A DNA stretch of 64,000 nucleotides from positions 128,001-192,000 of the forward strand of contig CAXXHA010000011.1 in the NCBI GenBank assembly GCA_963662265.2. Reading direction: 5' to 3'. The translations under genes were made by a program, and so were the position numbers. Positions 51,997 through 61,633 of this stretch are shown here, one piece after another (the stretch's first letter is position 1; each line of letters opens with the position of its first letter). The notes beneath the pieces were generated by a model, which was not told the origin of the DNA, ran no database searches, and was given only the letters and a program-made list of their open reading frames with translations. This stretch comes from Spirochaetia bacterium. Its GTDB lineage: Bacteria > Spirochaetota > Spirochaetia > CADAEX01.

Positions 51997-52131
51997 AATT
52001 TCATGTTGTCCAGTCTTGAAATATTTTGACTGTAATACTGAGATTTTATGTTGTCCAGTCTTGGATTTTACATAATACCGGGATTTCATATGTTCAGTCC
52101 CGTTTGAAGTTAGTTATAATTAATACTGAGA
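51988..52131. repeat. Degenerate ~31-bp direct repeats, period 40-48 bp
   Basis: Consensus TAATACTGAGATTTYATGTTGTCCAGTCTTG starting at 51988, 52033, 52073 and (partial) 52121. Confidence 0.7.
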
Positions 52132-52139
52132 ATATATGA

Positions 52140-53810
52140 TCAGATATATTTTAATATTTCATTTATACACCATGATCTGCTTTCTTCGAGAAGAACAGGT
52201 ATTTGTATTTTTTCTTCCCTGTGTTCTTTTCTTACAGAAGCGCAGACCGGAAAAACAGTTGTCCACAGTTCTTTTTCCTTTCTGCTCAGTGACTGGTAAT
52301 AACTCTTGAAGTTACTGTCGGGAGCAGGCAGATGTTTCAGCTTATTTGAATAATCATATAGAAAATCCTTCCATGATACAGATGCGCTTCCTGCACCGAA
52401 AAAAACAGGATTAGCTGTATGATTTTCACCGGTGAAAACACTGGAACAGTCCTGTATATCTGATCTGAAAGAAAGATCCCGTGCAGAACCTTCTGGTGTT
52501 ACTGTTGTCAGGCAGTTTGATCTGATATAGTCGGATATGTGTGAATAGTAGGAATCAAGTTTGCTGTTTGTAACAATATTTCCATCATAGATGTTTTTAC
52601 TGTTTGAAAAAACAAAGTTATATACATTGTTTTCACAGGATTGTTTCCTGTTTTCAGTCTTCATGAAATAGTTGTAAATCAGACTGTCTCTTGCATAAGG
52701 TTTTCCTTTCGGATAGGAATAGTCGAGTCCGTAAAGTTCTATTTCTCTGGCGCCGAGGGATTTTGCAAGCGAAACTGCTGAATGTCCTACATTTCCACCT
52801 GATGTATCAATAACAGGGAAATATTTCCAGTATGTAGCTATGTATCTTGAAAATGGATGACCGGAGGAAAAGTAAGACCTGTTTTTAAACTTCCTGGAAA
52901 TATACGGCTGTGATGACAAGTCAAGTACAACAGGAATGTCAGAATAACCGATACCCATGAAATGGTTATAAGTTATATGCTGGCAATCAATGGATATTAT
53001 TATATCAGGTGTGATTTGTTTGCCTGAAAGATAGGGAAGAACTGTGTCTGTTGCAATAAGGAGACTCTTATCTCTGTTTGCCTTTAGTGTATCAAGCTGT
53101 TTTTCTATTGACGGACCGGCACCTGCTATCATTATTCTTGAAGAGGGAGATATTGGTTTTGAGTATTCTTCAGCATAGCTGAGATTCATGAGTGTGTTTC
53201 TGAACCATCTTTTGCCGAACTGTGCCTGTACAGCAAAATCATCATATACAGAATCCAGAATAATTTTTATATCCATGAAAAGATTTTCAAAAAAAACTGT
53301 TTCAGTTTTTACCCTGTTTTTAAGCTGAACAATACTTAAATTACCGAATATTGAGGGATTATATTTTTCTGCAAGTTTATTCTGAAGATCAATTATATCA
53401 GGGTCTACCAGGAGATCGGTTTTCCTGTCAGAGAAAATATTGGTAAGATCAATATTCTCTATAATTTTTCTTAAGATATTTTTATCTTTTTCAATAATTA
53501 AAATATGGTGAATATCCGGATCGTTGAGATATGGAAGAATATGATATCCTCCGCCAAGGCCGAAAAAAATAACAAAACCGCTGTTGTTTTTCCCTGACAG
53601 ATATAATTTTTCCCCTTCACGTTCGGGATTGTAGAGAGAGTGGAGCTGTATGTCTGCAGCTGTATCTTTTATAACAGGAACCGGGGAACTGTTTTTTGCT
53701 ATATCAATTCTGCATTTATCTGATGATGAAACCTGGCTTATTTTAAAAGCAAGTTCAGGATCAACCGAGGATAATGATATAATATTCTGCTGAAATACTG
53801 AATTATTCAT
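52140..53810 (-). CDS. Motility-associated factor (MAF/DUF115) family protein
   Basis: LHSLYNPEREG, FFGLGGGYH, IAGAGPS, IATDT, PDIIISID, GGNVGH, GLDYSY. Confidence 0.8.
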   Translation of the reverse strand: MNNSVFQQNIISLSSVDPELAFKISQVSSSDKCRIDIAKNSSPVPVIKDTAADIQLHSLYNPEREGEKLYLSGKNNSGFVIFFGLGGGYHILPYLNDPDIHHILIIEKDKNILRKIIENIDLTNIFSDRKTDLLVDPDIIDLQNKLAEKYNPSIFGNLSIVQLKNRVKTETVFFENLFMDIKIILDSVYDDFAVQAQFGKRWFRNTLMNLSYAEEYSKPISPSSRIMIAGAGPSIEKQLDTLKANRDKSLLIATDTVLPYLSGKQITPDIIISIDCQHITYNHFMGIGYSDIPVVLDLSSQPYISRKFKNRSYFSSGHPFSRYIATYWKYFPVIDTSGGNVGHSAVSLAKSLGAREIELYGLDYSYPKGKPYARDSLIYNYFMKTENRKQSCENNVYNFVFSNSKNIYDGNIVTNSKLDSYYSHISDYIRSNCLTTVTPEGSARDLSFRSDIQDCSSVFTGENHTANPVFFGAGSASVSWKDFLYDYSNKLKHLPAPDSNFKSYYQSLSRKEKELWTTVFPVCASVRKEHREEKIQIPVLLEESRSWCINEILKYI

Positions 53811-55395
53811 AATTTTCTGTCTTTGTTTTCAGAAATTCGAAAAAACTGATGCATTCATCATTTAAATCCCTGTATTTTTTTAGTGCTGTATCTTTATTGC
53901 CCGATTTAAAATCACCATAGATATCAAGATAAACTGAAGCTGAATAATTATAAAGTATATCAAAGTAAAAACTTCTGAAATAACTGTCATCGAGATTTTT
54001 ATTTTTTTTGCTTATAATATCTTTATTCAGGTTTTCAAGTGAGTCTATGACAGATTTCCTTACAGATTCTTTATCAGCAGATGTTTCTTCAGTAACCGGA
54101 TCGCTGATTGCCTGATTATTAATAATACCACCTGCTTCAATAATATTTATATTTTCAAAAGATCTTATATCAATATCTGAGCTGTTAATCCTGTATATTT
54201 TCCGGCCCGGAATTATACTGTCAAACCATGATGAATAAGTCTTCAGCTGTATCGATGTCCTGTTTCCCTTATCTGTGTCATATGTGTAATGTTCTGTATA
54301 CTTATTATACATCATGCCGAGATGAGGATTTGTCCTTGATGAAAAAGATATTTCACTGCTGCTGAATTCATTTGGCATGCAGTGTGATTTAATATCTGAA
54401 GAACAGAAATCAAGACCTGCAAAAAAAACAGGATAACTGCTTATTGAAAGTGCAAGATGAAGAGCTGATCCTGAAACAGTCCCGTTCTGCTGAATATCAG
54501 AATATTTTAACGGGAAATTGCTGAGAAAAAACTTTTCCTGCAAAGTATTCTGATTTAAAAGGAATAATGGCTTGTTGCAGTTCTCAAGGTGGTAAGATGT
54601 AAGCGGCGCTGCTGTTGTAAAATTACCTTGACTTTTTTTCCTCAGGTGGTATGTGGAATAAAATCCAGGATCGGTAGTGAGCAGCAGATCCGGTTCTATA
54701 TTATTTTCAATAAGAAAGGAAAGCGATGATGAAAGCGCAAGAAGAAAGATTTTATCCCTGTTGTTTTTTATGAGATCTGCAGATTTTTCCAGGGTAGGTC
54801 CTGAAGATGTTATAAAAACAGGTTTGCCAGTATCTTTATAAACAATTGTTTTATCAAGAGATAATGCATTCTTTATAATATTTGAAAAATATCTCTTTCC
54901 GAAGTAATTGGTTGTATTTATATTTCCGTTATACTCCCTGATGACTCTGGATACACAGTTGCTTATAAATTCAGAAGAGTCTGGAAAAGATTTGAAAACT
55001 GGAGTCCAGTCAAAGAGCAGAAGACCCTTAAGATCAATTTCATCTATGACTGATTTTAGATAACTATACAGATCCTTTTTGTTTATCTCATTAATTTCTG
55101 GGTGCCAGGCATAAACATTGTTGTTACTGTATTTTGATATATTATTTTCAAACATCTGTTTTGATGCATGAAGAATAATATATTTTGTTTCCGGATATTT
55201 TTTTATAAGACAGTCATATATATAATTCAGACCCGGATACAGGATAATAATTACAGAAGGTTCTGTATCAGTTTCCTGCAGCTTGAGTTTTACATATTTT
55301 TCAGCTTCTTTTAACGGATCATAACTGGAATGAAGAAGGTTGTTATTAAAGGAACATGTAATGAGACCTTTTCTGGATTTGAAAAATTCAAGCAT
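53803..55395 (-). CDS. MAF/DUF115 family protein
   Basis: LHSSYDPLKEA, SSGPTL, PDLLLTTDPG, NGTVSGSA, FAGLDF. Confidence 0.78.
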   Translation of the reverse strand: MLEFFKSRKGLITCSFNNNLLHSSYDPLKEAEKYVKLKLQETDTEPSVIIILYPGLNYIYDCLIKKYPETKYIILHASKQMFENNISKYSNNNVYAWHPEINEINKKDLYSYLKSVIDEIDLKGLLLFDWTPVFKSFPDSSEFISNCVSRVIREYNGNINTTNYFGKRYFSNIIKNALSLDKTIVYKDTGKPVFITSSGPTLEKSADLIKNNRDKIFLLALSSSLSFLIENNIEPDLLLTTDPGFYSTYHLRKKSQGNFTTAAPLTSYHLENCNKPLFLLNQNTLQEKFFLSNFPLKYSDIQQNGTVSGSALHLALSISSYPVFFAGLDFCSSDIKSHCMPNEFSSSEISFSSRTNPHLGMMYNKYTEHYTYDTDKGNRTSIQLKTYSSWFDSIIPGRKIYRINSSDIDIRSFENINIIEAGGIINNQAISDPVTEETSADKESVRKSVIDSLENLNKDIISKKNKNLDDSYFRSFYFDILYNYSASVYLDIYGDFKSGNKDTALKKYRDLNDECISFFEFLKTKTENYE

Positions 55396-56440
55396 TTATA
55401 TAATCATTGATCAGCCGATTTTCCGACGGATATGAAAAAATATTCAAAAAATCATTATCTGAATTATCAAGATCAGGGAGCATATTTTTCAAAAGAATAT
55501 TAATCTGATGTTTCAGAAGCTGTTTATCAAGCAGTGTATCTGAATTTATTATCAGAAAAAGTCTGTTGCCAGGCAGTATGAATATTCTCCCTCCGTTTGC
55601 AGTAAGTGCAGAGAAAATCCTGTATATTTCCGTATTAAAGCCGGTTGAAATAATATCGGATGATAGTTTATAAAGTTTATCAACAATAATCTCTGTATTG
55701 ATGAAAATTGCGTAAAAACTTTTGTTATCCTTTTCTGAAAAAATACTTATTTCATCAATAACCTTGTTTCCTGAAAGATAGAGTGTACTGTCTTTGACTT
55801 TTTTCCTGTTATTGCAGAACCTGATTATCGTAGAATATGATTTTTTATGAAAATATTCCGAGTATTTAAACAGCTCTTCATAATTGGTGAAAACAGAATT
55901 CAATTCAGAAACAAGGAGAAAGGATAAAAGCTTATTGTTGCTGTCTGAATAGGGTATTATCAAAACATCATCAAGAAGACCGTATTCCCGTGTTGAAAAA
56001 TACTTTTTCAATGCAGATTTTCTTGATTTGGGAATAAAAAACGGTTTACTGGAATTTTTATCTGAAAATTTAATCAGGTCATCAGATTTTAATCTTAAAC
56101 GGGAAGAAGTTGTCCTGTCATAACCTGTTGAAATCCATGGAAGGAATGTTTCATCATCCTCATCTGCAAAAAAGGCTGCTCCTTTAAGGAGATTGAAAGT
56201 GTGTTTGAAAAAATTGAATGTATTAACTGGTATTTTCAGATTAAAGTCATCTGTGAAAGATGAAGAATAATAAGTATCAATCAGTACTTTTATTTTTTTT
56301 TTTTTGGTTTCAATATCAGTACTGTCCGATTTATTATCGGACAGTATATTTTCAGCTTTTCTTAAAAGACTGTTTTTATATTCAAGAGGATTTTTTTCTT
56401 TTTTTACATCTGTATTTAATACTTTATCAAGAAGACCCAT
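55388..56440 (-). CDS. Hypothetical protein with an A13 tract near its 5' end
   Basis: 350-aa ORF packed in the operon; MGLLDK start; GAF-like central segment (weak). Confidence 0.65.
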   Translation of the reverse strand: MGLLDKVLNTDVKKEKNPLEYKNSLLRKAENILSDNKSDSTDIETKKKKIKVLIDTYYSSSFTDDFNLKIPVNTFNFFKHTFNLLKGAAFFADEDDETFLPWISTGYDRTTSSRLRLKSDDLIKFSDKNSSKPFFIPKSRKSALKKYFSTREYGLLDDVLIIPYSDSNNKLLSFLLVSELNSVFTNYEELFKYSEYFHKKSYSTIIRFCNNRKKVKDSTLYLSGNKVIDEISIFSEKDNKSFYAIFINTEIIVDKLYKLSSDIISTGFNTEIYRIFSALTANGGRIFILPGNRLFLIINSDTLLDKQLLKHQINILLKNMLPDLDNSDNDFLNIFSYPSENRLINDYINA

Positions 56441-56441
56441 C

Positions 56442-59063
56442 TTAGATTAAACCCAGTTCCTCAAAAAGTTTTTTGTAAGTTTTAAAATGATCGGATTTCG
56501 CAAATTCCTCTATTTTACTGTCAGGAAGTGATTCAAGAAGCTGATCAAGATAGAGAAGTACAGATTTGATTTCTGTTTTAATGTTGTCAGGCATGTCAGC
56601 TGTACTTACTTCCTCTTTAATTTCCTCTTCAGCCTCTCCAATTTCTATTTCTTCACTCACTGAATCAGTTTCTTCCAGTTCTTCAGCAGTTTCTTCAAGA
56701 CTGTCAAGTTCAAGACCTTCTGATTCTGAAAGAATATCATCTACAGAAATTACATCTTCATCAATGTTCTCAATTTCCTCATCAGGGAATTCTTCAACTT
56801 CTTCTTCTGGTAATTCTTCTTCAAGAGAAATATCTTCTATGATTTCTTCTTCCAGTTCAGGAGTTTCTTCTTCGAAAGCAGCTGTATCTTCCTCTAATGT
56901 TAAAGAATCTTCAAAACCGGTTAAATCTTCTTCAACTTCCTCTTCAGTCGCAGCTTCAGCTGTTTCAATTTCTTCATCAAAGGATATTTCTTCCTCTTCA
57001 GCATCTTCGGGTTCAGCCTCTGCTGTTAAATCAACATCCAGAGAAAGATCTTCTTCGAGTGAAATCCCTTCTTCAAGTGCCATTTCTTCTTCTATGATAA
57101 TATCTTCTTCAGATCTTTCTTCAGGTATTATTTCCTCTTCAAGTGCAGTACCAGCTTCAGAAAAACTTTCTTCTTCAAAGGTGATATCTTCATCACTTGA
57201 GACAATATCATCAAGGTCTGTTTCAGATATTTCTTCCGCAATATCCTCATCCAGGATAATATCCTCTTCAGGAATTACGGTTTCTTCAGATATTTTTTCA
57301 GCTGTTTCATCAAATACTGCAGTTTCTTCTACTTCTGATAAATCAATATCAACAGGTATCTCTTCAGATGCAATTTCTTCATCAATTGCAGATAATTCAG
57401 AATCATCAATTGAAAAATCATCAAGTGAAAGTTCTTCTTCAGAAGAGAGTGTTTCTTCTGAAACTGATATTTCCTCCTGGATATCTTCAGTAATATCAGC
57501 TGTAGGTATTTCAGTCTCTGTAGTTTCAATAATAGTTGTTACTGTTTCACTTACTGCAGATGAATCAGCAACCGGCGATGTTTCTTCTTCCATGGCTTCT
57601 GATTCAATTGAAGGTTCAAATTCCTGATGATCTATCACCAGTTCTTCTGAAGGAAGTATTGAAGGGGCAGTGAAATCTTCTTCAGGCTGCTCTTCAATAG
57701 TGATTATATTTTCAGTTTCTTCGACAATATCATCTTCCATATCAACGGAAATATCATCAAGAGGGATATCAATGTCCTTATCCAGCTCATCTTCAGAAAA
57801 ATCAATTGATATTTCTTCATCTGCAGGTATTTCCTCTTCAGTAATTACTGTATCTTCAAGTTCCTGCTCTTCAAAAGACAGATCTTCTTCTGCAGGTGCC
57901 TCTTCTTCTATATCAATATTTATCTGATCAGTATCCAGATCTTCATCAAGATCAAGAGTTATATCATCAAGTGATATTTCATCATCTTCAAGACCTGTTA
58001 TTGTATCAGTTTCAGATACCAGGTTTTCACCTGATAGTGAATCAACATCAAGATCTGCTTCTTCTTCAAAATCTATTTTATTTTCATCAAGATCTGAGCT
58101 TTCATCTGTAAAATCAATATCAGCTTCTTTATCGAAGTCTACATCTATATCGATTTCTTCAGTTTCTTCGAGATCTTCTTCTATAATATCAATTTCGCCG
58201 CTTTCAGCTTCAGTCAGTTTTATGTCTTCTGACAAGTCTTCTTCAGTTATTTCAATGTCTTCTTCATGTGATTCTTCTATGTCGATGTTACCATCAAGAA
58301 AACTGAGTTCATCCTGATTTTCTTCAAAGACAGGCTCTTCCTCTTCAGGTAACTGGAAATCTTCATCTTCAGATACAACTGTTTCGTCTTCTGTTATTTG
58401 AGATTCCAGATCTTCAGCAATTTCTTCTTCAGTTATTTCCGCTGTATTGAAAATGTTGTCAAGTTCGTCACCTGTCAGAGCTATTGTTTCATCGCCGTCA
58501 TCTGAGAAAAATCCACCAGGAGGAACTTCTTCTGACCCGGTTTCAGTTTCAGATATTTCCTCATCTGATTTATAATGAGAGAGTTCCTTTTTGAGTTCAC
58601 TGAGTTCATTCTTGATTGCAGATAGATCATTTTTAAGATCGTTTGCAATTTCTGTAAGCATTTTAATGGAATTATCAGAATCCCCTGTATCTCTTTTACC
58701 TGCCGGAGGATTTGAATAGGATTCAGAAGAGTATTTTGCTTCAACTGATTCTGGAATATCTATATCTATAAATTCCTCATCTGCAGCAGTTTTTTCTCCC
58801 TGTTCAATATCCTGAAGATCCTGAATATCATATAAATCTTCTTCACTTTCAGTGATATCATCTTCAAGAGACCCGAGAAGGTTTTCCTCTTCTTCTGTAA
58901 GCAGAAAGTCTTCATTGCTTTCTGTATTTTCTGTATCTAAATCCATCATTTTATAATCATCCGGAGCAGGATTACTATTGTCATCAACAATATCTTCGGG
59001 GCCTGATTTTACCCAGACTCCATAATTTTCCAGTTCATTATTGTTATCATTGTTATCTAACAT
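56442..59063 (-). CDS. Very large acidic (D/E-rich), largely disordered protein with structured ends
   Basis: RBS AGGAG; N-terminal YGVWVK motif, coiled coil (LSAIKNELSELKKEL), GGFFSDD..ETIALTGDELDNI, C-terminal helices EIKSVLLYLDQLLESLP..KLFEELGL. Confidence 0.85.
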   Translation of the reverse strand: MLDNNDNNNELENYGVWVKSGPEDIVDDNSNPAPDDYKMMDLDTENTESNEDFLLTEEEENLLGSLEDDITESEEDLYDIQDLQDIEQGEKTAADEEFIDIDIPESVEAKYSSESYSNPPAGKRDTGDSDNSIKMLTEIANDLKNDLSAIKNELSELKKELSHYKSDEEISETETGSEEVPPGGFFSDDGDETIALTGDELDNIFNTAEITEEEIAEDLESQITEDETVVSEDEDFQLPEEEEPVFEENQDELSFLDGNIDIEESHEEDIEITEEDLSEDIKLTEAESGEIDIIEEDLEETEEIDIDVDFDKEADIDFTDESSDLDENKIDFEEEADLDVDSLSGENLVSETDTITGLEDDEISLDDITLDLDEDLDTDQINIDIEEEAPAEEDLSFEEQELEDTVITEEEIPADEEISIDFSEDELDKDIDIPLDDISVDMEDDIVEETENIITIEEQPEEDFTAPSILPSEELVIDHQEFEPSIESEAMEEETSPVADSSAVSETVTTIIETTETEIPTADITEDIQEEISVSEETLSSEEELSLDDFSIDDSELSAIDEEIASEEIPVDIDLSEVEETAVFDETAEKISEETVIPEEDIILDEDIAEEISETDLDDIVSSDEDITFEEESFSEAGTALEEEIIPEERSEEDIIIEEEMALEEGISLEEDLSLDVDLTAEAEPEDAEEEEISFDEEIETAEAATEEEVEEDLTGFEDSLTLEEDTAAFEEETPELEEEIIEDISLEEELPEEEVEEFPDEEIENIDEDVISVDDILSESEGLELDSLEETAEELEETDSVSEEIEIGEAEEEIKEEVSTADMPDNIKTEIKSVLLYLDQLLESLPDSKIEEFAKSDHFKTYKKLFEELGLI

Positions 59064-59504
59064 TTCCTACTCCTGAATAAAAATTCTTTGTATATAATTT
59101 TATGGTTCTATTATCGACTAATGAATACAAAAAATTGATTATTAAATATTTTATAACAATTATAAACTGAAAAAGGACTGTTTTCAATCTATCTATTTTG
59201 TTTTTTATTTCATGATAATAATATTTAGATGGATTAGATTTTACTGCCGAAACCGACCTTGAATTCCACATAATTGAGCATCATATCTGAACTGTCTAAA
59301 AAACTGGTAAATAGATGTGTATATCTCAAATCAGTGAAAAATACATTTCTTCTTAATCTGAATTCATAGCCGGTTACAGCTGCTGCTCCAGGATTAAATA
59401 CTTTATATGCTTTAATTCATTGACGGTTCATTCTGCAGGCTTGTAAAAAAATATATTGATAATAATTTTATTGATTGTCTAAACCTTTTATAATAAAATT
59501 AGCA

Positions 59505-60134
59505 ATGCAAATGTATGGGAAAACACTTTTTTTTATAGTTATATTGTCACTTTTTGTTTTATTTCCTGCAATATCCCAGGATAGCAGTACAGATGAAACA
59601 GTTCCGGCAGCAGAAAGAAGCAAATATGCTACATCACTTTATTTACGTTACAACCTGACAAGGCCTGATTATGCTAAAACTCCCTATTATATAGGGTTTG
59701 ACGCAGGAGCTGACATGGATTTCGGCGGAGATGTCCCAGTACTCAATCTCGCAGGGGTTGGATTTTCCGGAAAATACATCTTTTTAAATAATAAAAATGA
59801 TATTACTGATGAAAAATCCGAATCACACTATTTATCAACCGGATTATCTTTCTACCTGAAAACAAGACTTGAAAAACCGCTGAACCTGGGACTCAGGGGC
59901 GGTGTAGGCAGCGGATGGATGGTTGCCGGAGAAATTGATGAACAGACAGACAACAATAAAAGGCTTAACGGTATATATTTTGATGTGGGATTTTTCACCG
60001 AAATCAAGCTGTCGGAAAGGTATTATATAGAAACAGGAGTAGATGCCAGAAAACAGCATTATTATCAGAAGGAAACTGAAATTGATCCTGTTGATATGGG
60101 TTTTATATATTTTAAAGCAGGTATTAAACTATAA
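59505..60134 (+). CDS. Exported, probable outer-membrane beta-barrel protein
   Basis: Signal peptide after ATG at 59505/59511; alternating amphipathic strands; ends FKAGIKL. Confidence 0.65.
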   Translation: MQMYGKTLFFIVILSLFVLFPAISQDSSTDETVPAAERSKYATSLYLRYNLTRPDYAKTPYYIGFDAGADMDFGGDVPVLNLAGVGFSGKYIFLNNKNDITDEKSESHYLSTGLSFYLKTRLEKPLNLGLRGGVGSGWMVAGEIDEQTDNNKRLNGIYFDVGFFTEIKLSERYYIETGVDARKQHYYQKETEIDPVDMGFIYFKAGIKL

Positions 60135-60143
60135 ATAATAGAG

Positions 60144-61520
60144 ATGAATAACATGAAAATAACAAAAACAGTAATTATGCTGATTCTTGCAGGTCTGATA
60201 TTAAGCTTTCCGGTATTCGGACAGGAAGAAGAGGACAGCAGGGTCTTGAAATGGAAAAAGATAGATGGTGCTTCCAGTTATCTTATTGAAATTAAAAAAG
60301 GCGAGAGACAGGTCTTAAAAACTGAGAGCATTGATAATTTTATTTATCTGGATCTTCCCCCTGGAGAATATCTGTTTAATATTTCTGTTCTCAACAAGTT
60401 CAGTAAAAAAACCGCCGAAACAGGATGGAAAAAGCTGTCAATTGAAGCTGCAAAACAGCCTGTGATCAGGAATTATTCACCATCCCATATCTATCTCAAT
60501 AAAGATGAAGCCCTGCTTGCCATTGATGCATATAATATCAAAGACAGGTCGAAATTCAAGCTTGTTTCTGAAAGCGGCGAAGAAACTGAAGGGGAAGTCA
60601 GGGATATAAACGATTCAATTTACAAAGTATTTTTCCCTTCTGATAAGCTTGTAAAAGGGGTGTATTCACTGAGTGTTGAAAACCCTTCAGGTCTGAATGA
60701 TACAGCTGCTGCCCTGTTTGAAATACGTGAAGAACTCCTTCCCTCGGTTTCGAAAATAAGCAGCAGGGAATTTCTCAACAGGGGAGTCTACAGCGGAATT
60801 AAAATTACCGGTAAAAACTTCGAGGAAAATATCAAGGTGGAATTCCGATCTGATTCAGAAGTGATTAGGCCTGCTTCTGTTGATTTTATTTCTGAAACAG
60901 AAATATCTGTTATTCTTGATTTATCAACTGCCAGGGCTGACAAATACAGGCTGTATGTAGAAAATCCGTCAGGTTTATCAGATTTTTCAAGGGAAAATAT
61001 CAGGGTTCTTGAAAGAACAGATGAAACAGAACTCATGATGAAAGGTTTCAGAAAAGATAAACTAACCCTGCATGCAGGGTATGAATACGGATATTTCCTT
61101 GAAAATGTTTCAGATTATCATAACTACAATTATGCTGGAATTATATTAAGGGCGCAGTTCGACCTGAATAATGATTTTTTCAATAAATATATCTGGCTTT
61201 ACCCGATAGGGGCGGAAATATCAATTGCCCACTATCCAAAAGATATATATTTCAATGAATTCGGATTCAGTATTTATTACAAGAGCCGTTTTGAAACACC
61301 TGTTAATTTCATCATAAAGGGCGGGGGCGGTTTCAGTGTATTTGAAAAGGAAGAATATGGTCCGGATTATGGCAGATATATGGCTGCTACAGGAGGACTG
61401 TCCATAAAACTCATGAAACATCTGTATATTGAAGCGACTACAGGGCTTAAGACATGGAATGTTGATGGTGATTATCTGACATACATGGTAAGTTCAGCAT
61501 CGGCCGGGTTTACATACTGA
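60144..61520 (+). CDS. Exported protein with FN3/IPT-TIG-like domains and C-terminal beta-barrel-like region
   Basis: Signal peptide; LKW...GASSY.IEI; two Y.L.VENPSG repeats; ITGKNF; ends SAGFTY. Confidence 0.7.
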   Translation: MNNMKITKTVIMLILAGLILSFPVFGQEEEDSRVLKWKKIDGASSYLIEIKKGERQVLKTESIDNFIYLDLPPGEYLFNISVLNKFSKKTAETGWKKLSIEAAKQPVIRNYSPSHIYLNKDEALLAIDAYNIKDRSKFKLVSESGEETEGEVRDINDSIYKVFFPSDKLVKGVYSLSVENPSGLNDTAAALFEIREELLPSVSKISSREFLNRGVYSGIKITGKNFEENIKVEFRSDSEVIRPASVDFISETEISVILDLSTARADKYRLYVENPSGLSDFSRENIRVLERTDETELMMKGFRKDKLTLHAGYEYGYFLENVSDYHNYNYAGIILRAQFDLNNDFFNKYIWLYPIGAEISIAHYPKDIYFNEFGFSIYYKSRFETPVNFIIKGGGGFSVFEKEEYGPDYGRYMAATGGLSIKLMKHLYIEATTGLKTWNVDGDYLTYMVSSASAGFTY

Positions 61521-61572
61521 TTAAATAAAAGCGATGAAAGAATAAAATATTCAGATTCATTTCATGAATCAT

Positions 61573-61599
61573 AAAGGCAGCTATAAAGCTGCCTTTTTT
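61573..61599. terminator. Intrinsic terminator between convergent genes
   Basis: AAAGGCAGCT/AGCTGCCTTT followed by a T-run. Confidence 0.8.
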
Positions 61600-61633
61600 C
61601 ATCTTTATTAGTTAAAAGATGTTTTAATCTTTC

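Noticed and set aside
44500-52140. Complete DGR cassette (TR, RT, avd) in this window
   Set aside because: By eye I found no second AAC-rich copy of the VR on either strand, and no ORF has RT motifs. Only a target-like gene is supported.
56566-57627. 353-aa Ser-rich ORF on the + strand
   Set aside because: Antisense shadow of GAA/GAT-rich codons in the acidic protein.
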